DNA of 64,000 nucleotides from Candidatus Latescibacterota bacterium (GTDB lineage Bacteria > Latescibacterota > CBDEFO01), in contig CBDEFO010000007.1 in assembly GCA_965237525.1 (NCBI GenBank), positions 32,001 to 96,000 on the forward strand, read 5' to 3'. Shown piece after piece: positions 19,742 through 31,878 of this stretch; within the stretch, counting starts at the first letter, position 1; each line of letters opens with the position of its first letter. The position numbers were made by a program, and so were the translations under genes. The notes under the pieces are model-generated. The model saw nothing but the letters and a program-made list of their open reading frames with translations, was not told where the DNA came from and did no database searches.

Positions 19742-20497
19742 CTACTTGTACCTCAGCACCACGATCTGCAGCTTTTCTGGCATCTCGTCCTTCGAGATAT
19801 TAAGAGTGTTGCTATCGGCCCTCTTTACGTTGTCCCTTCCCTTTATAAAGGAGTCTATAGTCTCAAGTCCGATCTTCAGGACGTCTGCCTTGTAGTGCAT
19901 GGGGAGTATGACCATTCTGGGTTTAAGTTGGTCTATGACCTGATGCGCTCCTTTGGCGTCTATCGTATAGACTCCGCCTACAGGAATCATAACTACATCG
20001 GGTGTTCCGATAGCTTTGAGGTCTTGATCTCTTAGTAAGTGTCCAAGATCGCCGAGGTGGACGACTTTTAGATCGTCAACTTGAAAGATGAAGATGGAGT
20101 TTTTGCCCCTGTCCTTACCTTCGTTATCGTCGTGATAGACGGGAACATTGTAGATCTTTACGTCTTTGACCTGTGTTTCGATGCCCACCCAGTCCGCTCT
20201 CGTATTGTCCGGTCCTTTGAGCCCGCGCAGGACTCTTGGGTTTCCTCTGGCAAGTTGTACGTTGGTGTGGTCGAAGTGTTCGTGGCTGACCGTGACTGCA
20301 TCAGGTGAAACGCCGGGCAGATCGTATCCCATGCCCTCTGGAATGGGGTCCAAAAGTATCTGTGTGCCCTTGGATGAGGTTATAAGATAGCACGATTGTC
20401 CGAACCATTGGAGGGTTACGCTCTTATCGTCTATCTGGACGGCATAGGCCAAGAATACGATAAGGATTGTGAGACCAACTGCAACGAAGCTTATCAT
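19742..20497 (-). CDS. Exported metallo-beta-lactamase-fold hydrolase
   Basis: Hydrophobic N-terminus, SHEHFDH, HLGD, PMHY. Confidence 0.88.
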   Translation of the reverse strand: MISFVAVGLTILIVFLAYAVQIDDKSVTLQWFGQSCYLITSSKGTQILLDPIPEGMGYDLPGVSPDAVTVSHEHFDHTNVQLARGNPRVLRGLKGPDNTRADWVGIETQVKDVKIYNVPVYHDDNEGKDRGKNSIFIFQVDDLKVVHLGDLGHLLRDQDLKAIGTPDVVMIPVGGVYTIDAKGAHQVIDQLKPRMVILPMHYKADVLKIGLETIDSFIKGRDNVKRADSNTLNISKDEMPEKLQIVVLRYK

Positions 20498-20539
20498 CTT
20501 TTAAAGCCTCCTTCGCTTCGAGATTGAAACGGTGATCGC

Positions 20540-20621
20540 GCATAACGCTCCGCCTGTTGCCGACGGTCCGAAGGACTGTCGGCAACAGGCGTCAGCCGAA
20601 GCTGAAGTCTGGCTGTTAGGA
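20540..20621. other. attC-like palindromic site
   Basis: GCATAAC...19-bp stem...GTTAGGA. Confidence 0.45.
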
Positions 20622-20655
20622 GAAGTCCCGTTAATCCCGGAGTCCAGGTTTAATC

Positions 20656-21093
20656 TTACTTTGGTTTGCCAGAGACGGTCAACGGGCCGTTGCGACCAAC
20701 GTTAGCCCACGTGGCGACTGCAATGGTTTCCTGATCGCTTTCGTTTGCTCCTGATATAACCGTACCTGCTGGAATATAAGCAATGTGACCGGAACGTATT
20801 TCGGACTTTTGACCATTGAGCCAAACAGTTAGCTTCCCCGAGTAAACGATCAAACTTTCGTCAAATACTGGATGATGGTGTTCTGTGATTCTTGCTCCCG
20901 GAGATAAACGCAGAGCTTTGGATGCCATATTGTCAGTTTCCCAGAGAACTGTACTGGTTAGCTCTCTCTCCTTTGGTTCAGTGAGCTCCGTAACATCGAA
21001 GAGACTGACCTTAAGTTTGCTTTCTGTTTGAGGTGTAGCTCCTATTAGCAGCGCACATACGCCGATGAAGATGATTTTGATATACATATACAC
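20656..21093 (-). CDS. Exported cupin-domain protein
   Basis: Signal peptide, EHHHP..DE, YIPAG. Confidence 0.75.
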   Translation of the reverse strand: MYMYIKIIFIGVCALLIGATPQTESKLKVSLFDVTELTEPKERELTSTVLWETDNMASKALRLSPGARITEHHHPVFDESLIVYSGKLTVWLNGQKSEIRSGHIAYIPAGTVISGANESDQETIAVATWANVGRNGPLTVSGKPK

Positions 21094-21102
21094 CTCCTCT
21101 GT

Positions 21103-21759
21103 TTAGTATTGCCTTGAGGGACAGAGTTCCGCTATATTGCATTCGCGACATTTGGGAGACCTTGCTTGGCAGGTTTTCCTGCCGTGATCTATCAGAAGGT
21201 GCGAAAAGAGGGTCCATTCTTCTTTTGGCACGATTTCCATAAGGTCACCTTCGATCTTGTCAGGATTCTGGTTTTCCGTTATGCCGAGTCTCTGGGAGAT
21301 CCTCTTTACGTGTGTGTCCACCACGACTCCAGGGATGCCGAAGGCGTTGCCAAGGACGACATTAGCGGTCTTTCTGCCGACTCCTCCGAGTTTTGTGAGT
21401 TCCTCCATGGTGGAGGGCACCTCTCCGTTGTGTCTTTCTACAATAGCCCCACAGCACATCTTTATACTTTTGGTTTTGTTCCTGAAGAAGCCTGTGGGAT
21501 GGATTTCCCTTTCAAGTTCCAGGACGTCCACGTCTGCGTAGTCCTGGGCGGTTTTATATTTTTTGAAAAGCTCTACTGTGACCTTGTTGACTCTCTCGTC
21601 CGTGCATTGGGCAGAAAGGATTGTGGCTATCAGCAGTTCTAGAGGATCGGAAAAGTTTAAGGCTGTACCTGAGTCGGGGAATTCGCCGTTGAGCATGGCG
21701 ATGATCTTTTTTGTGCGTTCTTTTTGGGCTTCTTTACTCTCCATTACATTACCCTCCAT
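21103..21759 (-). CDS. nth: Endonuclease III
   Basis: LSAQCTD, GVGRKTAN HhH, VDTHV, C-x6-C-x2-C-x5-C. Confidence 0.95.
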   Translation of the reverse strand: MEGNVMESKEAQKERTKKIIAMLNGEFPDSGTALNFSDPLELLIATILSAQCTDERVNKVTVELFKKYKTAQDYADVDVLELEREIHPTGFFRNKTKSIKMCCGAIVERHNGEVPSTMEELTKLGGVGRKTANVVLGNAFGIPGVVVDTHVKRISQRLGITENQNPDKIEGDLMEIVPKEEWTLFSHLLIDHGRKTCQARSPKCRECNIAELCPSRQY

Positions 21760-21789
21760 TAAATTACTCTAATCTACATTTGAGCAGAT

Positions 21790-22190
21790 CTATCTCTCCT
21801 TGAGTTTTTCTGTGTGCAATCTTAAAAGTTCCACTTCTTCTATCAGTTTTCTCTCCCGAAGGACCCTGTCTACTTTAGCTGACATTTCACCCAGACTGAA
21901 GGGCTTGACGATGAAGTCGCTGGATCCCTCACGCATGACGTCCATAAAGGTATATTCTTCTCCCAGAGCTGCCATGATGATCACTTCGACGTGAGCGTTG
22001 TGTTCTTTTACTGTTTTGAGGAGTTCTATGCCGTCCATGCCGGGCATTCTGAGGTCAGTTATAACTATATGGAGTAGTCCCCGTCCCTGATAAGCTGAAA
22101 AGCTGAATTTCCATCTGCAGCCACCTGGGTATCGTGCCCAAGGGCCTCCAGAAAATCACCGACCATATTGAGGACACCTGGGTCTGCCCC
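21790..22190 (-). pseudogene. Response regulator receiver, truncated and frameshifted
   Basis: DPGVLNMVGDFLEALGHDTQVAADG in one frame and ITDLRMPGMDG...FIVKPF in another; no start found. Confidence 0.7.
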
Positions 22191-23672
22191 CTAATGTCTA
22201 CTGTCTGATGACGAATCTGTGTTGCGCCTTTCTGTCATATTTCCTATGCTCTTTTTTATTGCCTTTCCTCCTTTTATAACTGTTCTGGAGGCTTTGACCA
22301 CGGGTCTGAACCAGAAATGGGCAAACTCCGTAATGCCATCTGCGGGAGTAAAGCCGTCTATGTGTCTCAGGACCCTCATGACGTGTCCTACGGTCTTAAC
22401 CTGTGGCTCGTCTATCCTTCGGAGCAGGATCACGGACAGGGACCGGGTGATAGCTGAGAGTATAAAGAGGAAATGCAGCCCGTAGAGGGTGTAGAAGAAG
22501 AGGGAGATTTTGTATTCGATCAGGACCACGGCCAAGGCTCCGCCTATTATAGGTGATAAAGAGCCGGAGATATTCTGGACGAGCTTGTGACTTGAGATGT
22601 ACATCGCCTTGTTTTCGTCGGGAGAGAGCTTCAGGACAAGGTTGAACGTGGTAAGCTGCTGTCCTGAGTTGAAACAGCGGACTAGGTGTACAAGGAAGAG
22701 GAGTATATAGCTTCCGGGTGAAACGAAGACCCAGAGTACGGGAAATATCGCTTTTACCGTGGCGCAGAAGGTGAGTATCGGCTTGTTGCCGAATTTATCT
22801 GCGAGGCGCCCCCAAAATCCTACTGCGTATAGACTTGCAATCTCTCCTACGGCTGTCAGGACAGCTATCCAGAGGTAAGGGACTTCGAGATATTTGATCA
22901 TATAGACCATAAAGAAGGGACCGGCAAATCCGACGCTCAAGTTCCAGGACATGTCGTACACCAGGAGTCTTCTGAAGGCACTGTTCCGGAAGGGGAGTCT
23001 GAAGGTCTGGAGGAAACTTAATTTCTCACGGCTCTTTACCAGTTTTGGCTCAGGGACAGCCCGTAAGGTTAAAATAGAGGCGAGGCTAAATGCGACGCCC
23101 GCTGCAAAGATGATCTGAAATCCCAGGATCTCACCTGCCGGCCCCGCTGTTCTCCAGTAGTCGATGAACAATCCGGCCAAGATTCCGATGATAATGTCCG
23201 AGGCTCCTAACGCCCTTATCCTGCTCGAAAAATATCTGCCCCTTATGCTTTCAGGAATCAGATCTGAAAGCCATGACACCCTGGAGACAAAGCCTATGGG
23301 GCCTACAAGGCCCGGAAATGCTATAATAATTATAAAGAGCCATATTCTAAGGTTGGGATAAGAACTCGCTACAACCCAGGGGAGGGCAACTATGAAGATC
23401 CTTGGGAGTCTGGAGAGGGTAAAGGAAAGGAGGCAGACTTTTTTTCTGCTTTCTATTCGTTCTATTATGTGATTGCTGAAAATCTGTGTGGAACTGAAGA
23501 GCAAAGGGAGCGAGGACAGGAGTCCTATGTGAAACTCCGATGCTCCTAATGCAAGCGCAAAACCGACTGTAAAGATACTATTGCTTCCCGCTATTGCCGC
23601 CATCGCACCCACCAGCGCGGCCTCGATAAGCAGCAGCTTCATTCCACGTTTTCGTTCCTGCTCTGTAATCAA
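22191..23672 (-). CDS. MFS transporter
   Basis: About 12 TM segments, WGRLADKFGNK loop motif. Confidence 0.85.
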   Translation of the reverse strand: MITEQERKRGMKLLLIEAALVGAMAAIAGSNSIFTVGFALALGASEFHIGLLSSLPLLFSSTQIFSNHIIERIESRKKVCLLSFTLSRLPRIFIVALPWVVASSYPNLRIWLFIIIIAFPGLVGPIGFVSRVSWLSDLIPESIRGRYFSSRIRALGASDIIIGILAGLFIDYWRTAGPAGEILGFQIIFAAGVAFSLASILTLRAVPEPKLVKSREKLSFLQTFRLPFRNSAFRRLLVYDMSWNLSVGFAGPFFMVYMIKYLEVPYLWIAVLTAVGEIASLYAVGFWGRLADKFGNKPILTFCATVKAIFPVLWVFVSPGSYILLFLVHLVRCFNSGQQLTTFNLVLKLSPDENKAMYISSHKLVQNISGSLSPIIGGALAVVLIEYKISLFFYTLYGLHFLFILSAITRSLSVILLRRIDEPQVKTVGHVMRVLRHIDGFTPADGITEFAHFWFRPVVKASRTVIKGGKAIKKSIGNMTERRNTDSSSDSRH

Positions 23673-23703
23673 TCCTCAGCCTATCTTCATGAATGTGTAA
23701 CAG

Positions 23704-24298
23704 TTACCACTGGGTCAGGTTCTCAGCCAGAACGCGGTACTGTCCCTCGTGAGCTTGGGGCTGGAGGTGGACTTTCTTCATGTAGTTGAGGGGCCCCGGC
23801 TATGTGTTCAAAGTCCCTGGACAACGCTTCGAGCAAGTGCGCTCCCGGCATGTAGAGCACCCGATTGATCTGGGCAGCGGAAAGATAAGATCTCTTTCCC
23901 TCCACCATATAGAAGTCCAAAATTGACCTTTTCTCCACGTTCTCCCGGAATATGCCTGTCATAAAGAGCGTATAGTCCCTTATGTGTCTCCTTATCTCCC
24001 ACTCCCTGGAGGGATTGAAACTTTCATCTGTGACATCGGAGGACTGAGATGCCTCTATAAGCATTTCCACGACCAGTTCCAGTCTTGTGTCCTCCGAGTG
24101 CTTGATCCGATAGAGCGCGTCGGTGCGGGCAAACCTCGTCAGCATGTCGCAGATATATTCCATTATCTCGGTGTTCCAAATTCTCAACTCCGAGAAGCTC
24201 ATCTGTATGAACCTGGAGAAGAAGCGCCTCAAAGACGGTTGGGGGATGTCATCAGGAGAGCCTGATCCTCCCACGTTGAAAGGATTCTCGACTTTCAT
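23704..24298 (-). pseudogene. Hypothetical protein with a probable 3' frameshift
   Basis: Removing one base in the G4 run 23790-23793 gives ...IAGALNYMKK...LTQW*. Confidence 0.5.
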
Positions 24299-24638
24299 CT
24301 TTCATCCGCTCCTTTCAGCCAAATAATATCATCCTTACTGGGGGGTACTATAAAATGTAATTCCAAAAGGCCCCATCGTCAAGTGTTTTCCTGTCATCTT
24401 CGGGTTGCCTGGCCATAACCGTTGTCATTTGGGCATAGCCCGCAAATTCCGTCGGATCAAGCTGTTGCTTGCCAATTCCTTATGTCGTTGCCAGAAGTGT
24501 CCCTTCGGAGTCTGCTATTTGGGCAAAGTCTTTGAGATCCTCTGAGGTATCCTCTCCTCTGGATTCAAATATTATAGTGATAATATCTTATGTAATATCA
24601 AATGTTTATGATTCAGTATCCTCTTACTTTGGAGGCAA

Positions 24639-24654
24639 CGGCATGTGTTTTGCG
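24639..24654 (+). promoter_or_regulatory. Sigma54-type -24/-12 promoter upstream of groES
   Basis: CGGCATG-TGTT-TTGCG, GG-N10-GC spacing. Confidence 0.55.
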
Positions 24655-24752
24655 CTGTGATAATCGTAGCACGTAAGCGAGCCATCAAAGATATAAAGAG
24701 GAATTCCGCCATTGTGGCCATGTCTCAAACAATTTAACAATGGAGGTTAAGT

Positions 24753-25040
24753 ATGAAGGTGAGGCCCCTATCAGACAGAATTTTAGTCAAGCGGATCGAG
24801 GAAGGGGAGGTTCAAAAGGGGGGGATAATCATCCCTGATACTGCCAAAGAGACGCCTCAAGAGGGCGAGGTGATCGCTACTGGTCCCGGAAGGACAGGAG
24901 ACGATGGGAAGCGCATCCCCATGGAACTTAAAGTGGGGAACAGGGTTCTCGTGGGCAAGTATTCCGGCACAGAAGTCAACGTAGACGGTGAGGAGCATTT
25001 AATGATGCGCGAGGACGATGTCCTTGCTGTAATAGAATAG
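24753..25040 (+). CDS. groES: Co-chaperonin GroES
   Basis: [26 protein letters not shown]. Confidence 0.98.
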   Translation: MKVRPLSDRILVKRIEEGEVQKGGIIIPDTAKETPQEGEVIATGPGRTGDDGKRIPMELKVGNRVLVGKYSGTEVNVDGEEHLMMREDDVLAVIE

Positions 25041-25057
25041 GGGAAGGAGGAAAATAA

Positions 25058-26686
<1,629 letters not shown>

Positions 26687-26689
<3 letters not shown>

Positions 26690-26862
26690 GTAAGTAGACA
26701 GTAGCCCCCGATTGAGTTTCTCGGGGGTGGGCAGTAGACAGGGCAAAACCAAGTAGACAGCAAACAGCAAACAGTAGACAGGGAAGGCACTGCCACGTCC
26801 CACCCCATCCAAGTGCTTGTCCCCCTTACCAAGGGGGACCACAGGGGGTCCCAGTAGACGGG
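26687..26862 (+). repeat. AGTAGAC heptamer arrays interleaved with palindromes
   Basis: TAAGTAAGTAGACAGTAG, CAGTAGACAGGG, AAGTAGACAGCAAACAGCAAACAGTAGACAGGG; palindromes at 26705-26727 and 26820-26838. Confidence 0.8.
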
Positions 26863-26913
26863 GCACAGCCTCTCATCCCTGTATGCTGTCTTAATAGAAT
26901 CAGGGTAGAAGGG

Positions 26914-26950
26914 AAGCCCGGTGTTATCCAAAGCGCCGGGCTTTTTGTTT
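26914..26950 (+). terminator. Intrinsic terminator after groEL
   Basis: AAGCCCGGTG...CGCCGGGCTT stem followed by TTTGTTT. Confidence 0.75.
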
Positions 26951-26964
26951 GCCCGCAACTGGAC

Positions 26965-27030
26965 AGGACAGACAAGAATGTCCGTCCTACCAACATATTA
27001 ACTCTTGTGGGTCACACATTCCTGTCTGAC
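26965..27030. repeat. REP doublet, third (inverted) copy
   Basis: GGACAGACAAGAATGTCCGTCCTACC...GTGGGTCACACATTCCTGTCTGAC. Confidence 0.75.
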
Positions 27031-27052
27031 ACCGTTGAGGTCGATAGAATCA

Positions 27053-27195
27053 GAGATTGCTTCCCCCGGATAGATTCAATCGCAGGCGCTCGCAATGACG
27101 GTGTAGGGGGCTCGCATGAAAGCTATCGGCTTGAAATATGACATTGTCCACGCTGGGGTCATTGCGAGGGGGATGAAATCCCCCGAAGCAATCTC
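27053..27195. repeat. Inverted pair of GAGATTGCTTC...CTCGCAATGAC palindromic elements
   Basis: 27053-27099 and its reverse complement at 27158-27195. Confidence 0.8.
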
Positions 27196-27249
27196 GCTCT
27201 ATTTTGTACGAGAAATACAACCTTCCCGAATCACAAGTTAAAACTCTTG

Positions 27250-27278
27250 TTGACATTTACACTAAAGTTTTATATATT
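27250..27278 (+). promoter_or_regulatory. Sigma70 promoter, probably the ancestral prfB promoter
   Basis: TTGACA-17 bp-TATATT. Confidence 0.65.
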
Positions 27279-27402
27279 CACTGCAAATTTGTGCCTTTAG
27301 CGAGTCCCGACTTCTTATGAGCTATGGACAGGAGGATCACAAAAATACTTATTAAGATGTGACCCCTGTCACAAGCAAGATAAAGTTGATTTGGTATATT
27401 AA

Positions 27403-28921
27403 AAGCCTTGTGAAAAACCCTTAGATTCAGAAAGTAGTATAGAACAAGCATTGATAAAGCAGTTCCGATGTATTATATTATGTTATTGATAATATTATAC
27501 ATGGAGGAAACAATGACCCCACAAAAGCAGGAACAGACAAATCCGATGTTTCACTATTTTCAGATGGAGGATTTAGTTCCCGAGGATCATATCCTTCGTC
27601 AGATTGATGAGGCAGTTGATTTTTCATTTGTACGAGACGTTGTATCAGATTGTTATTGCCCTGACAATGGCAGACCCGGTATTGATCCTGAATTAGTTGT
27701 TCGAATGATCCTTATTGGCTATCTGTATAATTTGAGTGAGAATCGGCTCTGTCAGGAAGTGGGGATGCATGCGGCATATCGGTTGTTTTGTCATCAGACA
27801 TTTGATGATGCGGTTCCGGATAGGAGCACGATCAACAAGCTTCGCAATCACAAGTGGGCATCCAGTGGGTTGTTTGAACGGATAATGCGTCAGGTAGTCC
27901 AGTGTTGCATAGATGTCGGTGTTGTGAGCGGTAAACACCTTAGTGTCGACGGCACTCAGATACAAGCTGATGCTTCAGTGAAAAGTATTGAGCCGATAGA
28001 ACCCCCTTTTTCTCTTGATGATTATCTCAAGGGAATCGGTTTTGAAGGTGATAAGACAAAGGGTAGGTCCGGGCATCCTCAGGATAAAGACTTTCATGGT
28101 GAAAAGTGGACGAACCAAACACACCGTTCGACTACAGACCCCGACGCGCGCTTATACAGCAAATCGAAGGGCAAAGGGGCTTTTCTCTCGTTTATGGGCC
28201 ATGATCTGATCGACACAAAAAGCAGAGTAATCCTTGAGACTCAGGGCACGCAGGCGACAGGGACAGCAGAGCCCGAAAGTGCCCTTAAGATGGTAGATGA
28301 CCTTGAAACATAGACCATGCCCAAAGACATTCAGACACTTAGTGCCGATACCGGTTACGGTTCTGGTAATTTTATCGCTGATGTACTTGACCGGGGAATC
28401 ATACCCCATATTCCTCTGCGAGCCGATGAGAAGATTGAACCGATTCCTACATGGAAAAACAAGACAAATTCAGCACATATTCAGGCCGAACGGGATAGAA
28501 AAGTGCGAGAGGCGAAAGCCAGAAATCATGCACGGTCTATCTCATTAACAGCTGACTACAAACTCTCCCGGAGACTCCGTAAACGCAGTGAACATATCTT
28601 TGCTGAAGCCAGGCAACAACACGGTATGGGACGAGCCCGTTATAGAGGACCAGCCTCACTGAATGAACAGTTGAATCTTGTTGCAACAGTACAGAATCTC
28701 AAGAGGCTTGCATCTTTCATAAGAAGGGGGAAAGCGTCTATGTGTGCCCTGTCTGTCAAAGACAGTGCATCCTGTTCTTCAAACAGCTCCTGTTCCTTGC
28801 TGACCAGAACTCTGATAAGACTATTTTACTTATTCCACAGCAAAACGATACGATATGCTACTCTTTGACCCATAATCGGCGCTTCAGACGCTGCCTGGGA
28901 CATAACTATTTCACAAGGCTT
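27403..28921 (+). mobile_element. IS1182/IS5-like copy 5; transposase 27513-28868 has an internal TAG
   Basis: IRs intact; TTAA at 27399-27402 and 28922-28925; TAG at 28311-28313. Confidence 0.95.
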
Positions 28922-28943
28922 TTAAGTTGTGCTAATTTCCTAA

Positions 28944-30589
28944 CCCGAATAATTAACGAGAAAAGGCAGGGCATTAATTAAGGGATTGAATTGTATTATA
29001 GTTAGGTAGTATAATTACAAAAACAATCCCGAAAATTAAAGAGGCACTGCCATGAATGAAGATATACAAGTTTCGCTTAAGTTGAAAGACGTTTCTGGCA
29101 AGAAAGTGACTGTAGATTTCACCGGTGGAGATGTGACATCCGATGCTGGAGTCCTTGCTTTGAAAGAAGTTGCAAAGAAAATTGGGATCATAGAACACCT
29201 TGCAGAGGCTATAGGTGATGATCGTCATCAAAGCTATGTACAGCATCATATCGGGGAACTCCTGAATCAACGTATTTTTCAGATTATATGTGGTTATGAA
29301 GATACTAACGATTCAGATTATCTGAGGGCCGATCCTGGGTTCAAGGTCTCCTGCGACAGGCTCCCCTCTGAGGCCCATTTGGCAAGTCAGCCCACTATGA
29401 GTCGTTTTGAAAACTCCATCTGCTCCAAAGACCTCTACAAAATAGAAGAGGTATTCGTAGATCGGTTCATAGATTCATATGAAAAACCACCAAAGGGTAT
29501 CATTCTGGATATTGATGATACTGATGATATTACCCACGGCGCCCAACAGTTGCAATTGTTCAATGCTTACCACAATGACTACTGCTTTATGCCCCTTTTT
29601 ATCTTTGAGGGGAAAAGCGGTAAACTTATAACGAGCATCTTACGTCCTGGCAGACGACCTTGTGGCAGAGAAATTCGTGCGATAATCAAAAGATCATCAA
29701 AAGAATAAGAGCCGCCTGGCCCAAAGTGGGCATCATCATTCGTGGTGATTGTCACTTTGCTTCTTGTGAACTCTACCTGTGGTGCGAAAGCCATAATGTC
29801 CATTATCTCGTGGGTCTTTCAAAGAACGCCGTACTTAAAGTATACCCTGAATCTGCTCTGAAGACAGCACATCAGAGATATTCTGATTCTGGCAAGAAGG
29901 TACGTGTTTTCAAAGAAGTAGGCTATCAGGCTAGGAGCTGGCACAAACCAAGAAGAGTGATAATAATGGCCGAAGTCTCTGATATGGGCGAGAATCTCCG
30001 CTTTGTGGTCACCAGTCTGGAAAGCTCCCAACCATCGTTCCTCTATGAAACGGCCTACTGTGGCCGAGGACAGATGGAGAACTTTATCAAGGAGCACAAA
30101 GTCGCTCTCAAAAGTGGCCGTACATCGTGCCACAGCTTCCTGGCAAACAGTCTTCGCCTTATGCTTCACAGCGCCGCCTATGTTATTCTGCATAGGTTCA
30201 CAGAGAAAGCTCTTGCTGGCACCTCCTTTGCCAATGCTCAATTCGATACCATAAGGCTGCGATTACTCAAGATCGGGGCGGAAGTTCGGGAGCTAAAGAC
30301 TAAAGTGCATTTCATATTGCCCTCTTCCTACCCATTGAAAGATGTCTTTGCAACGATGTGCAATAAAATAGCTTTCATAACATAGAGTAAGACTTATCTG
30401 ATTTAATTACATAGAGATACTCTTTCACGCAAGGAATAAGCATGTCCTTTTCGGCACTATACGCCAAATCTGATCAGTATTCCAAAGATGCTTTGCCACT
30501 TGCTGTCGCCTTGCACCGCTCAAATATCCAGTTACCCTTTATTCTGAGGTCAAATTCATTTTTTAAACGAAGTTTATGAATTAATCGGG
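28944..30589 (+). mobile_element. IS1380-family element
   Basis: IRs CCCGAATAATT / AATTAATCGGG; CTAA at 28940-28943 and 30590-30593. Confidence 0.88.
29052..30385 (+). pseudogene. IS1380 transposase, frameshifted
   Basis: FTGGDVTSDAG, GYEDTND, ASQPTMSRFEN, LDIDDT, RGD, YCGRGQMENFIKE; one A short in the run 29688-29691. Confidence 0.88.
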
Positions 30590-30611
30590 CTAAAGACCGT
30601 AAGGAGGCAAA

Positions 30612-31698
30612 ATGGGAGACGAACTGCTGGAAAGTAAACTCGGAGAATGCAGGAAGAAACTGGACAATCTAAGGAGTTATCTTTGACTTAGGTTCTAAGG
30701 AGGAGGAAATATCCCGGTTAGAATCCAAAATGTCAGAGCCGAACTTCTGGAACGACAGAGAGGCAGCTCGAAAGACGATAGACCGCTTCAACGTCCTTAA
30801 GAAGCCCGTTTTGAAGTGGCGGACCTTAAACTCTGAGTACGAAGATCTGGAGGTGCTCTATCAGCTTGATGTTGAAAAGCACGAAGTGGAGGCGGAACTC
30901 GGTAAATTAGAAGATGGCATAGAGGAGTTAGAGCTCCAAAGGATGCTGGGCGGTCAGGACGACCCAAGGGACGCCATACTTACGATCCATCCTGGCGCGG
31001 GAGGGACCGAATCTTCCGACTGGGCCAATATGCTGATGAGGATGTACCTCAAATGGATTGAGAATCACGGCTTTAAAAGCAGCATTTTAGATATTCAGCC
31101 CGGGGACGAGGCAGGCATCAGAAACGCCACTATCGAAGTTAAAGGGGAACACGCCTACGGCTATCTCAAGGCCGAAGCGGGCGTGCATCGGCTCGTAAGG
31201 ATTTCTCCCTTCGACGCCAACAGCAGGAGACATACATCTTTTGCCTCCGTCTTTGTCTATCCCGAAGCCGACAGCGAAATCGAGGTAGACATAAACGACA
31301 AAGATCTTAAGATAGAGACCTTTCGCTCAAGCGGAGCAGGGGGCCAGCACGTCAACAAGACTGACTCTGCAATTAGGATAACTCATCTTCCGACTGGCAT
31401 TACAGTTCAGTGTCAGGCGGAAAGGTCTCAGCACAGGAACAAAAGCACGGCGATGAAGGTACTTATGTCGAGGCTCTATCAGCACTATAAGGAGGAGGAA
31501 AAAAAGAAGATGGAGAAGATAGAAAGCCAAAAAAAGAGCATAGAGTGGGGAAGTCAGATAAGATCTTACGTTTTCCATCCCTACAATATGGTCAAGGATC
31601 ACCGAACAGGGGTCGAGACGAGCAATACTCAATCTGTCATGGACGGAGAAATAGACGAGTTTATAAGGGAATATCTTATTCAGTACCCAAATGAGTAA
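30612..31698 (+). CDS. prfB: Peptide chain release factor 2 with programmed +1 frameshift
   Basis: ATG 30612; internal SD AGGAG then CTT TGA C (30681-30687); the +1 frame contains SPF and GGQ. Confidence 0.97.
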
Positions 31699-31744
31699 AC
31701 TGGTACTCCATACCTTTCACAATATAGATTTTCTAAACGAATCC

Positions 31745-31773
31745 TTGACTTTGTGTCAAGGTTTTCTTATATT
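31745..31773 (+). promoter_or_regulatory. Sigma70 promoter of lysS
   Basis: TTGACT-17 bp-TATATT. Confidence 0.6.
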
Positions 31774-31878
31774 TTATGGGCTTTAAGAGTCCCTAGTACT
31801 TGCACCATTCTGATCCGTCCGCATGGGGGTATCGAAGAACTTTTGGGCGCAAAACGAAGATTTTGACAGGAGACTGGA

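Noticed and set aside
30681..30687. prfB as a pseudogene or novel recoding
   Set aside because: Canonical RF2 autoregulatory +1 frameshift
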